From Candidatus Sungiibacteriota bacterium (lineage in GTDB: Bacteria > Patescibacteriota > Minisyncoccia > Sungbacterales > SURF-37): 64,000 bases of DNA. A model generated the notes under the pieces. It was not told where the DNA came from. It ran no database searches and saw only the letters and a list, made by a program, of their open reading frames with translations. Below, one piece after another: positions 9,574-19,340 of the stretch. The stretch lies in assembly GCA_016186145.1 (NCBI GenBank), contig JACPMF010000007.1, positions 19,302-83,301 of the forward strand. The letters are read 5' to 3'. The position numbers and the translations under genes were made by a program. Within the stretch, counting starts at the first letter, position 1. Each line of letters begins with the position of its first letter.

Positions 9574-11469
9574 CTACGGTACTACCCTCCACTGGGTGCT
9601 GTCCCGAACCGTATCTTGCTGAAGTTCAATGGTAACATTTCCAACAGTAACCTTGAGCGGCTCTTTCGTAAAGTCGTCAACCCCTTCCGCGCGCACTCCG
9701 GAGACAAGAACCGGGGAAAGGCCGATTTGATCTTCGCCCGGGATAAGAGAAACGCGAAACGCAAGAGTTAATTGCGGCCGTAAAATTCCGGCGCCTGCGG
9801 CAAGACGCGGAACATTCCAGACAACCTCATTGGACGCGGCATTAAAAACTGCGGAACCCGCCACTTCGCCTACGGTTCCGAGCCAACGGACGTTTGCCGG
9901 AAGCCCCCCTCTAACTTCAAGGTTCACCGCATCGTTGGTTTGATTCGCAAGCTGCCAGAAAACCGTATAGGTCGTCTCTTCCCGCACTTTCGGCGGCAAC
10001 GGACCGGAGTTCTGGACCGAAGAGTCAAAATATGCCGCGTGCCCCTTCAGAGTAAGCATGGTGCCGATTTTAAAATCAAGCTTATCCTCATATCGAAGCT
10101 TTATGCCGCGAAACTCTTCCGGTACAACAGAAAGATCAATGATGCCGAGGGAACTTAATGTAAAATTTCTGTCCGAAGAGCTCCTCAAAGGCGGCGAGGG
10201 CCGGAGTATTACCGAAAAATTCAAAACACCTTCCTGCCCCGGGTTGACCCTTTTCAATTCGGGACGGGTTGCCCCGGCCCAACGAATTTCGTGATTCAAG
10301 GGATCGTAAACGCCATTATCAATTCGCAATGTCGTTAAATTAACGAGCCCTTCGGAAAGACGCACGGCAACAGTCATACCGTCGATCGGTTTAGAAAGAT
10401 TATTTTTATAGGACAAGGCGAAATTAAGAAGTTCTCCGCCGACAAAGGTCCCGCTCCTTCGGCTATTTACGGTCTGCCGCAAAAAAAGAAACGGGGAAGC
10501 AATTTTGGGTCCGCGCGACTCTTCAAGAAGAGTAAACCATTCGCGCGTCTCGGAACGATATTGCCCCAATGACGCATTGAATGATTTTGTTTCTTCCGGC
10601 TCGCCGCGAAGCATGCCCTTAACAATTATTTTTTTTGAAGTACCGCGCCCAAAATCTCCAAGAGCCCAAATGTTATTCTCAAAGTCCGGCTTCGGATCTG
10701 CAGAAGTAAATTCAAATCCTTCCGGATAGTCGACACGGAGCGCAAGTCCGCTGACGACAGATACCGCCTCGCTATCAACCAAAAACTCCATAGAAACGTC
10801 CTGCGCGGAGGATATTTCTTCAGGACCCGATACGGTAACAGCGAACGGAACACGCGAAATCCGAAACATCCGAGAGGCCCTCTTGGTAAAACGGCTTTCA
10901 AGATTTCCCGGCTGGTATATTGCAAGAACAACCAATTCGGCTTCATTGCCGATCTTGCCCAAACTTTTGAACGCAATGTCATGTTTCACCTCTTCATTCG
11001 GGGCTATCTTTTCAAAAGTAACCTGCTCGCGGCTTCCCGGTTTCGCCTCGCCAGTCGGAGGAAACAACACGACCGTGTGATCCGGATAATTGATCGTGAG
11101 CTCTACATTTTTAAGTTCGGATCTACCGGTGTTCTTCACAAAAATAGAAAAATCAGCCCGCTCGCCCGCCACAACGCCATCAGGCCCGGCGATAACAATT
11201 GCAACTTCTTCCCTGACAAAAAAGACCTGATACCCCACATACAAAACAACGCCCGCAAGAACCACAAATGAAAAAATAAAAACATTCAAAAACCACCGGC
11301 CCCGCTTCGGCGCCGAGGGAGCCTTCTCTCCACGCAGAGACCTGTCTGTCCAAAATGTCTTGGCTCCATCTCCCCTCTTTTGCGAACGGAAACGCTCTCT
11401 TTCAATCAACCTTTTCTCCGGCTCTTCCCGGCCGTATAGCTTTTGGCGAAGTTCTTCAAGTGATGGCAT
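9574..11469 (-). CDS. Membrane-anchored Ig-like (DUF11-like) repeat protein
   Basis: Single TM then repeated beta-rich modules (V.N.G..L.NV.L...P, W.LG). Confidence 0.7.
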   Translation of the reverse strand: MPSLEELRQKLYGREEPEKRLIERERFRSQKRGDGAKTFWTDRSLRGEKAPSAPKRGRWFLNVFIFSFVVLAGVVLYVGYQVFFVREEVAIVIAGPDGVVAGERADFSIFVKNTGRSELKNVELTINYPDHTVVLFPPTGEAKPGSREQVTFEKIAPNEEVKHDIAFKSLGKIGNEAELVVLAIYQPGNLESRFTKRASRMFRISRVPFAVTVSGPEEISSAQDVSMEFLVDSEAVSVVSGLALRVDYPEGFEFTSADPKPDFENNIWALGDFGRGTSKKIIVKGMLRGEPEETKSFNASLGQYRSETREWFTLLEESRGPKIASPFLFLRQTVNSRRSGTFVGGELLNFALSYKNNLSKPIDGMTVAVRLSEGLVNLTTLRIDNGVYDPLNHEIRWAGATRPELKRVNPGQEGVLNFSVILRPSPPLRSSSDRNFTLSSLGIIDLSVVPEEFRGIKLRYEDKLDFKIGTMLTLKGHAAYFDSSVQNSGPLPPKVREETTYTVFWQLANQTNDAVNLEVRGGLPANVRWLGTVGEVAGSAVFNAASNEVVWNVPRLAAGAGILRPQLTLAFRVSLIPGEDQIGLSPVLVSGVRAEGVDDFTKEPLKVTVGNVTIELQQDTVRDSTQWRVVP

Positions 11470-11499
11470 AAATAAAACTGGTTGCTGATTACTAGAGGC

Positions 11500-11618
11500 T
11501 ATCTCAAAAACACTTTTTCTGCGTCTTTCCGCGCAGCATTCTGCATTTATCCGCGGAGCCTCCGCGGAATAACACGGATTGCAACGCGGATTTATGCGGA
11601 AATTGAATTTTGAAATGA
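11500..11618. repeat. TCCGCG-array inverted-repeat element, copy 1
   Basis: ATCTCAAAA..(T)CCGCG units..CCGCGGAGCCTCCGCGG..CGCGGA units..TTTTGAAAT; homologous to 37798-37912. Confidence 0.75.
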
Positions 11619-11928
11619 GTTCCAGTTACTATTATAACACGGCCCATGGCAATGAATAACCGCACCGCACTTCGAGTGGTGACCTCAGTGGAACCAAGCG
11701 GTGCGGTATCTATGCAACGCTTGGCCTACTCCGCCGTAGTAGCTACGGCTACGAAGGCTGGACGGTACTGGCGGTTATTGTTTCGTCGCCGCAATTCACC
11801 CCACACATAACAAGTTATGTGTGGGGTATTCTTGCGGACGAAACAATAAACCTTGTGTTGCGGTTGCCAAAAAGTAGTGTATAATGAAGAACAACCAAGA
11901 TTACAAAGCATAAAAACCATAAAAAATT

Positions 11929-13968
11929 ATGGAACGAGCGCCAAGGCCACAATTCGAAAAAGACGACAACAAAGAAGTCTCTCAAGCATGGGAGGCAGGA
12001 CTTAAACGAAGGGGTATTGAGCCGCCCGCCGAGCGTGAGCTGGCAAAACAAGAAGAGAAAGGAGACCTCAAGAGCCGCTACGATATTGCAACAGAACGGG
12101 TTGCAAGAATTCCAGAAAGACCCATAGAAACTGACGAACACGGACAGATGCTGGAGCAGGATGCTGAAATAGAAGTGCCATCGGCAGAGCCGGGGTTGCT
12201 TATCGAAAAACCCTCAACACGGATAGAGCAAGGGCGATTTTCAATCAAAGACCGCCTTGACGTTCTTCGGGGAAAAGGAATGGGACGGCTTGCGCAAGTT
12301 GCGGCACTCAGCGCGCTTGCACTTCTTAGCTCAGGAGTCAAACCGCCTGAAACCCGCGGAGCTCCAGCCGGCGGACAAGGAATAAGTGCGCCAAAAGATG
12401 CAATACCCATGAGAGAGTCCGGAAAGGAAACTGAATCGCGCGCTACCAAGTGGCCGGGGTGGGTTGGCAGAATGTTTGAGGTAGACAAAAAAGGAGAGAT
12501 ACATTTCAACCCCTGGGTTATCCTTGCTCCGGTACAATTTGTGTGGAAAGGGGAAATGAAACATGCAAACGAAAAAACTTTTGCGCCTCCTTACGAATAT
12601 GCCAGGCAATTTGAGGCAGATGCGGCCGCCAAACGCCCGCTACGACCGGAAGATCACAAGAAAATTACCAATTATGTGGGTCAACAGCTAAATCGGAGAT
12701 TTGTCGACACCATAGGCACCCTGGGTGAAGGCGTTGACCGCTTTAACTACGGAGCGCCAAAAGAAAACCAGGGAGAAATCACCTCAATTCAAATAACGGG
12801 GTTTGCCTCTCCCGAAGGCCCAAGAAGCAAAGGGCCAAGCACGCTTGCGCCCGGTAAAGTTGACCAAGAAAACTTGCGCCTTGCAAAAGCAAGAGCCGAG
12901 GCGGCCTTGGGCTACACCAAGGCCGACCTTGCGAAGGTTTCAGAAGCGACCGGAATAAATATAGCTGTCCTTGAAAAAACACTACAGAACGTTAAAGCGG
13001 AGGAGGTTCAATTTTCGGATGCCGAGCTTAAAGAACTTGCGAAACTTGCCGCAGGCCACAAGGGCGCAGACGATCTTGAAAAAATCTTCAACCTTGTTGC
13101 TGACTACAATGACGATTCTGAACAAAAAGACCCAAGTAAAAAGAAAATAAAAGACGCCAAAACAGTTAGCCGCCTGCATGATATTGTCGGTTCAAAAAGA
13201 AAAGCGGAAATCCAAGTAACGTACGACGGAAAAAATGTCGAGCGCCATTCTATCCCCATTCCCTGGCTTCCGCTTTTGCTGCTCGTACCGCTTATGCGTC
13301 GCCGACGCGGAGAACCAACGCCCGAACCGCCCGTTACTCCTGAAAGCGGCGAGCCAGATTTGCACGACCGTTACCCGTTTTTAGGGAAACGCCCCGTAGA
13401 AAAGGAGTCGGAAGAAACAAAAATCGCGCCCGAAGAGGAAAAAACTCTCCCGCCAAGCGCCCAAAATATAGAACGCGCCCGCCTTCTGGAACAAATTCAC
13501 AAAGACGTAACAAGCACCCGCCTTCCGGAGAGGGGCACAAAGGAATTCGAAGAAATGGAAGAAGCAACTTATACTGACGACCTCTACCAGTTCTTCGACG
13601 ACCCCGAAAGCATCCGGCTTGGTATTGACTACCGCGCAATGGCGGATGATCTCGACCAAAAATGGGATATTTTCAAAACATCGGACGAACGAGAAAACTA
13701 TCTCGCAAACGAAATTCTTAACGCATGGAAAAAGAAAGACCGCCTCTGCCGAGTTGAAGCCGGAGTTTCGGAAGACAGTCTTGATAACGGGCTTGATTAC
13801 GAGAATCAGCCGCGCCAAATCCAATGGGCCAAAATGCATGCGCGATCTCTTCTCCGAGTGATTGACAAAAGAAAAGAATTTAGCGAAAGCGAACGAAAAC
13901 GAATTGATTACCTCGACCTCCTCTCCCCTCAAGTGAAAAAGATGATCCAACGGAGAGGCCGCCGATAA
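11929..13968 (+). CDS. Large membrane protein with OmpA-C-like domain
   Basis: IQITGFASPEG...ENLRLAKARAEA motif between two hydrophobic segments; TATAAT upstream, terminator downstream. Confidence 0.65.
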   Translation: MERAPRPQFEKDDNKEVSQAWEAGLKRRGIEPPAERELAKQEEKGDLKSRYDIATERVARIPERPIETDEHGQMLEQDAEIEVPSAEPGLLIEKPSTRIEQGRFSIKDRLDVLRGKGMGRLAQVAALSALALLSSGVKPPETRGAPAGGQGISAPKDAIPMRESGKETESRATKWPGWVGRMFEVDKKGEIHFNPWVILAPVQFVWKGEMKHANEKTFAPPYEYARQFEADAAAKRPLRPEDHKKITNYVGQQLNRRFVDTIGTLGEGVDRFNYGAPKENQGEITSIQITGFASPEGPRSKGPSTLAPGKVDQENLRLAKARAEAALGYTKADLAKVSEATGINIAVLEKTLQNVKAEEVQFSDAELKELAKLAAGHKGADDLEKIFNLVADYNDDSEQKDPSKKKIKDAKTVSRLHDIVGSKRKAEIQVTYDGKNVERHSIPIPWLPLLLLVPLMRRRRGEPTPEPPVTPESGEPDLHDRYPFLGKRPVEKESEETKIAPEEEKTLPPSAQNIERARLLEQIHKDVTSTRLPERGTKEFEEMEEATYTDDLYQFFDDPESIRLGIDYRAMADDLDQKWDIFKTSDERENYLANEILNAWKKKDRLCRVEAGVSEDSLDNGLDYENQPRQIQWAKMHARSLLRVIDKRKEFSESERKRIDYLDLLSPQVKKMIQRRGRR

Positions 13969-13972
13969 CTTT

Positions 13973-14005
13973 AAAACCATCCCGCAGGAAGCGGGATGGT
14001 TTTTT
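13973..14005. terminator. Bidirectional terminator
   Basis: AAAACCATCCCGC-AGGAA-GCGGGATGGTTTTTT. Confidence 0.8.
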
Positions 14006-14006
14006 A

Positions 14007-15224
14007 TTAAACCCGCAACAACGGCTGAGCCACCCTAAGCGGAACGAGCGCGGTAACCAATGTCAAGAAAAGAAGGAACCCTCCGAGCACCGAAAACGCG
14101 GCTCCGAATCCGAAATAATACGCAACAACTCCGCCAATAAGCGGCCCCACGAAATAGCCAAGACTCTCCCCGAACATTTTAATTCCGGATACGTATTCTT
14201 TTTTGTGGTGCGAAGAAAGCCGGTCAAACATAGTAAAAATTGCGGGGAGAATAAGGGCGTCCCCCACGCCGGAAACCAAACCGAGGACCAGCAGTAAAGC
14301 CGGACTTGCCGTAAGCGAAAAACCGAACGCAGAAAGCGCATGCAAAAGTAGTCCGGCAACAGTAATCCCTTTTGCGCTTTTCCTGTCGAGATACCTACCG
14401 ACAATTAAACTCATAAAGAATATTGGTAAGGTAAAGCCCGCGTATATCAGGCCGATTTGAAATTCCTCAAGCCCCAAACCCTTCGTGTACAACGGCTCGG
14501 CAATGGCGATAAACCCCCAATGAAGCGCGAAAACAAAAAAGATAAAGGCAACAAACACTCCTTCAAACCCAAGACGGGCAAACTCGGAAAACCCAGTCTT
14601 AAAAAACTTATCCCGCGTTACGAGATCAAGAAGGGACCGACGAAAACCCTCGTGATTTTTTTCCATCGGCAAAGACACATATGACAAGACCATCATACAA
14701 AGAGAAACGGCAAATGTTATCAAAAATGCGTACTCGAGTTGTACGCCAATAACGACGCCGGCGGCTATCGGCCCAATAGAAAAACCAAGGTTGTGAAACC
14801 CTTCGAGAAACGAGTTGAAGCGGCCGGTGCTTCCGGCAGGAGTCAGGGCCGTTTCTTCAGCATCCCCGGGAATAATAAATGACTGGGTTGCGATTTCATA
14901 AAAAACAAGGGCTGCAACAAAAAAGAACGGGTTTCTCAAGGCGATGAAGGCAAGAGACGAAATCGCAAGCATGGCTCCCGAATAAAAAATAGTTTTGCGG
15001 CGGCCGAACCGTTTTGCAAACTCCCCGACCGGAACATCAATAACGGTTCCAAGAATCTCAGGAAGTGCAAAAACCACCCCAAGCACGGCGAGATTAACAA
15101 AAATGCTTTCCGCAAGTATCGGCAGTGTCAGGGAAAATGTTCCATAGACAATGCCAAAAAGAAACTCAAGCGCCACAAGCGCCCACAATCGCCTTTTTAT
15201 CGGCCGTCCGTGTAAATGCCGCAT
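14007..15224 (-). CDS. MFS transporter
   Basis: About 12 TM; G.FAKRFGRRK and GRYLDRKS loop motifs. Confidence 0.9.
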   Translation of the reverse strand: MRHLHGRPIKRRLWALVALEFLFGIVYGTFSLTLPILAESIFVNLAVLGVVFALPEILGTVIDVPVGEFAKRFGRRKTIFYSGAMLAISSLAFIALRNPFFFVAALVFYEIATQSFIIPGDAEETALTPAGSTGRFNSFLEGFHNLGFSIGPIAAGVVIGVQLEYAFLITFAVSLCMMVLSYVSLPMEKNHEGFRRSLLDLVTRDKFFKTGFSEFARLGFEGVFVAFIFFVFALHWGFIAIAEPLYTKGLGLEEFQIGLIYAGFTLPIFFMSLIVGRYLDRKSAKGITVAGLLLHALSAFGFSLTASPALLLVLGLVSGVGDALILPAIFTMFDRLSSHHKKEYVSGIKMFGESLGYFVGPLIGGVVAYYFGFGAAFSVLGGFLLFLTLVTALVPLRVAQPLLRV

Positions 15225-15494
15225 AACAAAAGATCACCTTGAGATACTTCAACCCCAGCGAATTATTCAACAATTTTCATACCCTCCATAGCGAGCTATC
15301 CCTAAAATTTTCTATTATGATTATGGAAGCGTGACTACATAGTATAACAACCGCTCGAGCATTCCAAACCTTTTCATCTTAATCCGAGCGAGCCATATGC
15401 CATAATTTTTCATTACGGAGATGCAACTACAAATCGACGAGGAGGGTTGAAATAAAATAACAAAAATTTGTTTTAATCACCCCAGCCAAAGCGA

Positions 15495-15655
15495 GGTATT
15501 GAGAAAATTTTTCATTGCGAAGGCATGAGTACAAATTAACGAGCGGGCAAAACAAAATAACGAAAATTTGCTTACTTCAAATTTTCGTTACTCATTTTGT
15601 GCAGTCCGCGAGACAAATTTGTTCATGCCGCAGCCTGAAAAATTTTCTCAATACC
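15495..15655. repeat. Long nested inverted repeat
   Basis: Perfect 20-bp IR GGTATTGAGAAAATTTTTCA / TGAAAAATTTTCTCAATACC with internal stems. Confidence 0.75.
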
Positions 15656-15660
15656 GAGCA

Positions 15661-16155
15661 TCAAGTATGCTTATCCGCCACCACCGACGCCCCAAACGCA
15701 TTCGGCTTTATCACGGGCTGAAACCCGAAACCCCTGACCATCCCCACCACGCGATCAATCAAATCTTTCGTCGGTCCATTCTCCCCGACATCAATATGGA
15801 TTGTAATCTTTTCGTCCCAAAGCGCATCATCGCCGAGCCGCTCCCGAAGCCTGCCGCGAAGCTCCTGCGCAAGGGTAACTGATCGTATCGTCTCCTCATA
15901 AATACGGTCCTGCAAAGTATGAAAAATCTTTTTCTCGCCGTTAAACCAAAAGTGGATCCCGCCGTTGCCAATGCGCCAAACGGTTACTGCGCTCACGACA
16001 CTCACAGGATTTGTGGAAGAAGAATCGGAACCAATAATAATTTGATACGCCCTGTCTTTCTTTGCGTTTATGTATAAGCCGATTTCGTCTATCATCCCGT
16101 CAAGCGTAAGGTCTCCTTTTGTCCAACTGTGGAATATGGCTTCTTTATTATCCAT
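15661..16155 (-). CDS. YkuK/DUF458 RNase H-like protein
   Basis: IIIGSDS, RIYEET, IHIDVG..G, IKPNAFGASVVADKHT. Confidence 0.85.
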   Translation of the reverse strand: MDNKEAIFHSWTKGDLTLDGMIDEIGLYINAKKDRAYQIIIGSDSSSTNPVSVVSAVTVWRIGNGGIHFWFNGEKKIFHTLQDRIYEETIRSVTLAQELRGRLRERLGDDALWDEKITIHIDVGENGPTKDLIDRVVGMVRGFGFQPVIKPNAFGASVVADKHT

Positions 16156-16189
16156 ACTTGTGACTAAACCCTAATGGCTAGTGGCTATT

Positions 16190-16987
16190 TTAGAACAACG
16201 TTTGCACCGACCCCGCCGGCTCATCAAGCAACCGCGCCGCAAGGATTCTTCCGATTCTGAAATTACGAACATCCTTCCGCAGGTGGCAATACGCTTCAAT
16301 CGTATCACCGGCGACTTTCCGAACCTCTATTTTTCTCTTTTTACGATGCCCGTCTCCGGCATCTTCACGCGAAATATACTCAATCTCAAGCGCCCTATTC
16401 TTTGCTGCCGCCTCTTCGGCGCACCTCCTAACTTCTTCTTCAGAAGAAAAACTCCATTTTACCGGAACCGCGACCCGCTTGCCGTCGATGATCGAATCAA
16501 ACAACAAGTGCCCGTTCTGTTTCCCAAACTCGTAAAGATCCCTCGTCAAACGTACGTCCTGAAGACAGTACCGCTCAAGCTGTTCCCAATCCCCGGCGCG
16601 ATACCACTTCAAAGAATCAAGCCCGTGACCGAGCTTTGCAGCACCCAATGTCGCCTTAGCCAAACTATCAAGACCTATCCGATGCCCCAGCCGTGCAGTA
16701 ACATCTTCAAAAATATCCAGCGCGGGAATTTTAGAAAGATCAACCGAAACATGCGGCTGAAGTACGGGCAAATCAAATAAACGAATATTAAAACCGATGA
16801 TACAGTCCGCCTTATCAAAAATGCCGTTTAACTCGCCGAGTTCGTTCTCCCGAAAACCAAAAAACTTATCGTCGCGATACGAATAAAGGCCAATATATGA
16901 AACCCCAAGAGCGGTTAGGTTGTTCCTGCCGCCGACCTCATCAAACGAATACCTGGTTTCAAGATCAATTACATAGTCGTTACGCAT
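16190..16987 (-). CDS. DEDD/RNase H-like exonuclease fused to a C-terminal WYL domain
   Basis: DLET, GFN..FDLPVL, YCLQDV; C-terminal EIEY..RKIE..EAYCHLRKDVRNFRIGRI. Confidence 0.8.
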   Translation of the reverse strand: MRNDYVIDLETRYSFDEVGGRNNLTALGVSYIGLYSYRDDKFFGFRENELGELNGIFDKADCIIGFNIRLFDLPVLQPHVSVDLSKIPALDIFEDVTARLGHRIGLDSLAKATLGAAKLGHGLDSLKWYRAGDWEQLERYCLQDVRLTRDLYEFGKQNGHLLFDSIIDGKRVAVPVKWSFSSEEEVRRCAEEAAAKNRALEIEYISREDAGDGHRKKRKIEVRKVAGDTIEAYCHLRKDVRNFRIGRILAARLLDEPAGSVQTLF

Positions 16988-17052
16988 GTTGTTATTTGTA
17001 TCAGAAAAACCCCAGGAAATCAATTATATAAAAATTGCCTCCGGAGGAGGCG

Positions 17053-17433
17053 CTAGTAATGTTCATAGTCCGGGGTAAATGGTTTCCCCTCTTCGTAATT
17101 CGGACAAAACTGTTTATGTTGAAGTGTATGTTCATGGCCAGAACCCCAGCAAAGTGGACAATAATGCATACCAGAAGAACCCAGCGGTTGGTATAGGGTT
17201 CCCGGCTTTTGAAACTCAAACGTCATTCCCGAGCTTTCTGCAAGAAACTTAACTCCTTGAAGAAAACCGCTCAGCGTCTTCAACGAACTGAAGGTTACTA
17301 CGCTTTTCGTGGAAGACACCAACCCTATTTTTGTGACTGTCAGCTGAAGGTCACGCTTTTTGTCTATTTTCTCTTCACCGATAAGGGTTATTTTCGCCAC
17401 AATCTTTGCCATCACCGGCTCCTTTTTTGACAA
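17053..17433 (-). CDS. Hypothetical protein with Cys/His cluster
   Basis: CPLC..H..H..CP near the C-terminus. Confidence 0.5.
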   Translation of the reverse strand: MSKKEPVMAKIVAKITLIGEEKIDKKRDLQLTVTKIGLVSSTKSVVTFSSLKTLSGFLQGVKFLAESSGMTFEFQKPGTLYQPLGSSGMHYCPLCWGSGHEHTLQHKQFCPNYEEGKPFTPDYEHY

Positions 17434-17471
17434 ATTACCAAACTAATTGGTTGCATACCCGCAAATGAAAG

Positions 17472-17981
17472 TCAATCGTATTTTTTAATCTCAGCGGTCA
17501 TACTATCGTTAACCTCAATATGAAAGCGATCGGCAATGCCCGCATTAACTTCCAACACCATATCTGCCTCAACGGGCGGCGAATATACCTTTAACTTCGA
17601 ATCCGGAACCCCCGTCCCGGGCGGTGAAACATTCTTTGCAATATAAACGATCTTTTTATCGCGCAGCCAAATAATATCTATCGGAAAGCGCATATCTTTC
17701 ATCCAAAAAGAATAAAAACCAGGTTTATCAAAAGTAAAAAGCATGCCGGCGTCCCTCGCAAGAGAATCTCGGCCGGACAGGCCCCGGGCGCGCAGAATCG
17801 GCGTGCTTGCTACCCCAACCCTTAACAGCGCTTCGCGGATTGAAATCTCAATAATGCCGGTCTCTTGCAAATTGCTTCCCGGCAGAAATTCTAAAACGAA
17901 AAAATAAAAAAAAAGCGCCAACGGAAAAACCATCAGCAATGCCGCGACACGCCAAAAATTTCTGCGAAGCATTGAGACCAT
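17472..17981 (-). CDS. DUF192 family protein
   Basis: RARGLSGR..GMLF, FWMKDMRFPIDIIW, VLEVNAG. Confidence 0.9.
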   Translation of the reverse strand: MVSMLRRNFWRVAALLMVFPLALFFYFFVLEFLPGSNLQETGIIEISIREALLRVGVASTPILRARGLSGRDSLARDAGMLFTFDKPGFYSFWMKDMRFPIDIIWLRDKKIVYIAKNVSPPGTGVPDSKLKVYSPPVEADMVLEVNAGIADRFHIEVNDSMTAEIKKYD

Positions 17982-17990
17982 ACAGAGCGT

Positions 17991-18404
17991 CTAGAGGAAA
18001 AAATAAGTATCGATCCCCCACGCACCCGCACCCAAAAAAATGAGCGCTGCGGCCATCGCAAAATACGCAAGATCCAATTCCCAACCGCCTTGTACCGTAA
18101 AACCGACCTTCCCCCACTTTGCCTTCCACATGGCAACCAACATGCTTATTGCGATAAAAACCGCCGCAATTTGAGTGTAGAAACCAAGAAGAACCGCGAT
18201 GCCGCCGAAAAATTCCGCAACACCCGATACAATAATCCAAAACTTTCCCGGCCTGATGCCGATGGAGTCAAACCACCCGGCAGTTCCGGTTCGCGCTTCG
18301 CGGTTAAAAAGCTTCGGGTAGCCGTGAACGATAAAGGCCAGCCCGAGGACAAGCCGAAGAATGAGCGCGGCGAAATCGCCGTATACGAGAAGTGAATAAA
18401 ACAT
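17991..18404 (-). CDS. DoxX family membrane protein
   Basis: LRLVLG..HG.PKL, EFFGG, GGWE. Confidence 0.9.
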   Translation of the reverse strand: MFYSLLVYGDFAALILRLVLGLAFIVHGYPKLFNREARTGTAGWFDSIGIRPGKFWIIVSGVAEFFGGIAVLLGFYTQIAAVFIAISMLVAMWKAKWGKVGFTVQGGWELDLAYFAMAAALIFLGAGAWGIDTYFFL

Positions 18405-18593
18405 GCCAATTTTATTTATGAGCGTTAGCGAATAACTATAAAATTGAGCACCCTGTTAAATAATTTCGCCTCTGGCGAAAATCCCTTGTCAATTAAAATC
18501 GTAGATTTTATTTGACAAGGGATTTAACAGGGTAAAGTTTTGTTCCTGAAATCTGTTCGACCTGTCTCCAAATCTCAGACAAAAGCTCTACCT
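18405..18593 (-). repeat. Composite stop-to-start structured element, copy B
   Basis: TAA|AGG..hairpin-CAAAACTTTA-CCCTGTTAAAT...ATTTAACAGGG-TGCTCAATTTTATAGTT...AAAATTGGC|ATG. Confidence 0.8.
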
Positions 18594-19238
18594 TTAATTT
18601 GCCGTCAGCCACTCTGCAACCTCGTCCATAAAAGCAGGTTCCTTTTCAAATATCGTTGTGCCATGCCCCGCGTTTTCAAACACTTTTACCACCTTCTCAA
18701 CGTAGACAGGCGCCATTTCTGAAAGAGTCTTAACTGTGTCTGCTGAATACGGGTCATCGAGAGACGCGACAAAATAAATGCTTTGACCATCCCGAAGCCG
18801 GCTTATCACGGGTTCCGTTTTAACGCCACGATAGTCGAGGCCCGGTGAAAGAAGCATGACTTTAGAAATCTCCAGATGTCCTGCCGCATATTCGAGCGCG
18901 AGGTTCGCCCCGATTGACGCCCCGGCGAGCGAAATCGACGAAGCTTTTTTTGATTTCAGAAATTCAACCCCTGCCCCGATATCTTTAATCGACGCCCGGT
19001 GATCTTTATCAGAAAATTTCTTATATCCGTCTGGTCCGCCTTCGGATTCGCCGTGCCCGCGTAAATCAATGGCGAGCGCCTGAAAACCGCGCTCAACAAG
19101 TTTTTCTGAAAAATCATACCAGCTTTCTTTGGTTGCCGGCATCATATGCACGAGTAAAACCCCCCGCCTGCCGGACTCCCCCGCATAGTTACCCGCAATT
19201 TTAACATTATCGCCCGTAGTTATTGTTACTCGTTCCAT
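18594..19238 (-). CDS. Alpha/beta hydrolase
   Basis: DLRGHGES, GASIG nucleophile elbow, GHGT. Confidence 0.9.
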   Translation of the reverse strand: MERVTITTGDNVKIAGNYAGESGRRGVLLVHMMPATKESWYDFSEKLVERGFQALAIDLRGHGESEGGPDGYKKFSDKDHRASIKDIGAGVEFLKSKKASSISLAGASIGANLALEYAAGHLEISKVMLLSPGLDYRGVKTEPVISRLRDGQSIYFVASLDDPYSADTVKTLSEMAPVYVEKVVKVFENAGHGTTIFEKEPAFMDEVAEWLTAN

Positions 19239-19340
19239 AGTGCCGGGCGGCGTCGGAATACTGACTCGTTTATATGGAGAAAAAACAAAAACGCCCCTCC
19301 TCCTTATACTATCACGCCGGCAACCGCAGCGATAATAGGT

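Noticed and set aside
8953-9771. 272-aa plus-strand ORF
   Set aside because: Antisense to glyS and running through a GC-rich palindrome; shadow ORF.
11726-11800. Minus-strand peptide NNNRQYRPAFVAVATTAE resembling a tmRNA tag
   Set aside because: No tRNA-like tmRNA ends; the sequence is explained by palindromic repeats.
18447-18532. GTTAAAT / ATTTAAC match integron core sites GTTRRRY / RYYYAAC
   Set aside because: The order is opposite to attC (GTT arm first on both strands), the neighbours are housekeeping genes and no integron integrase is present.
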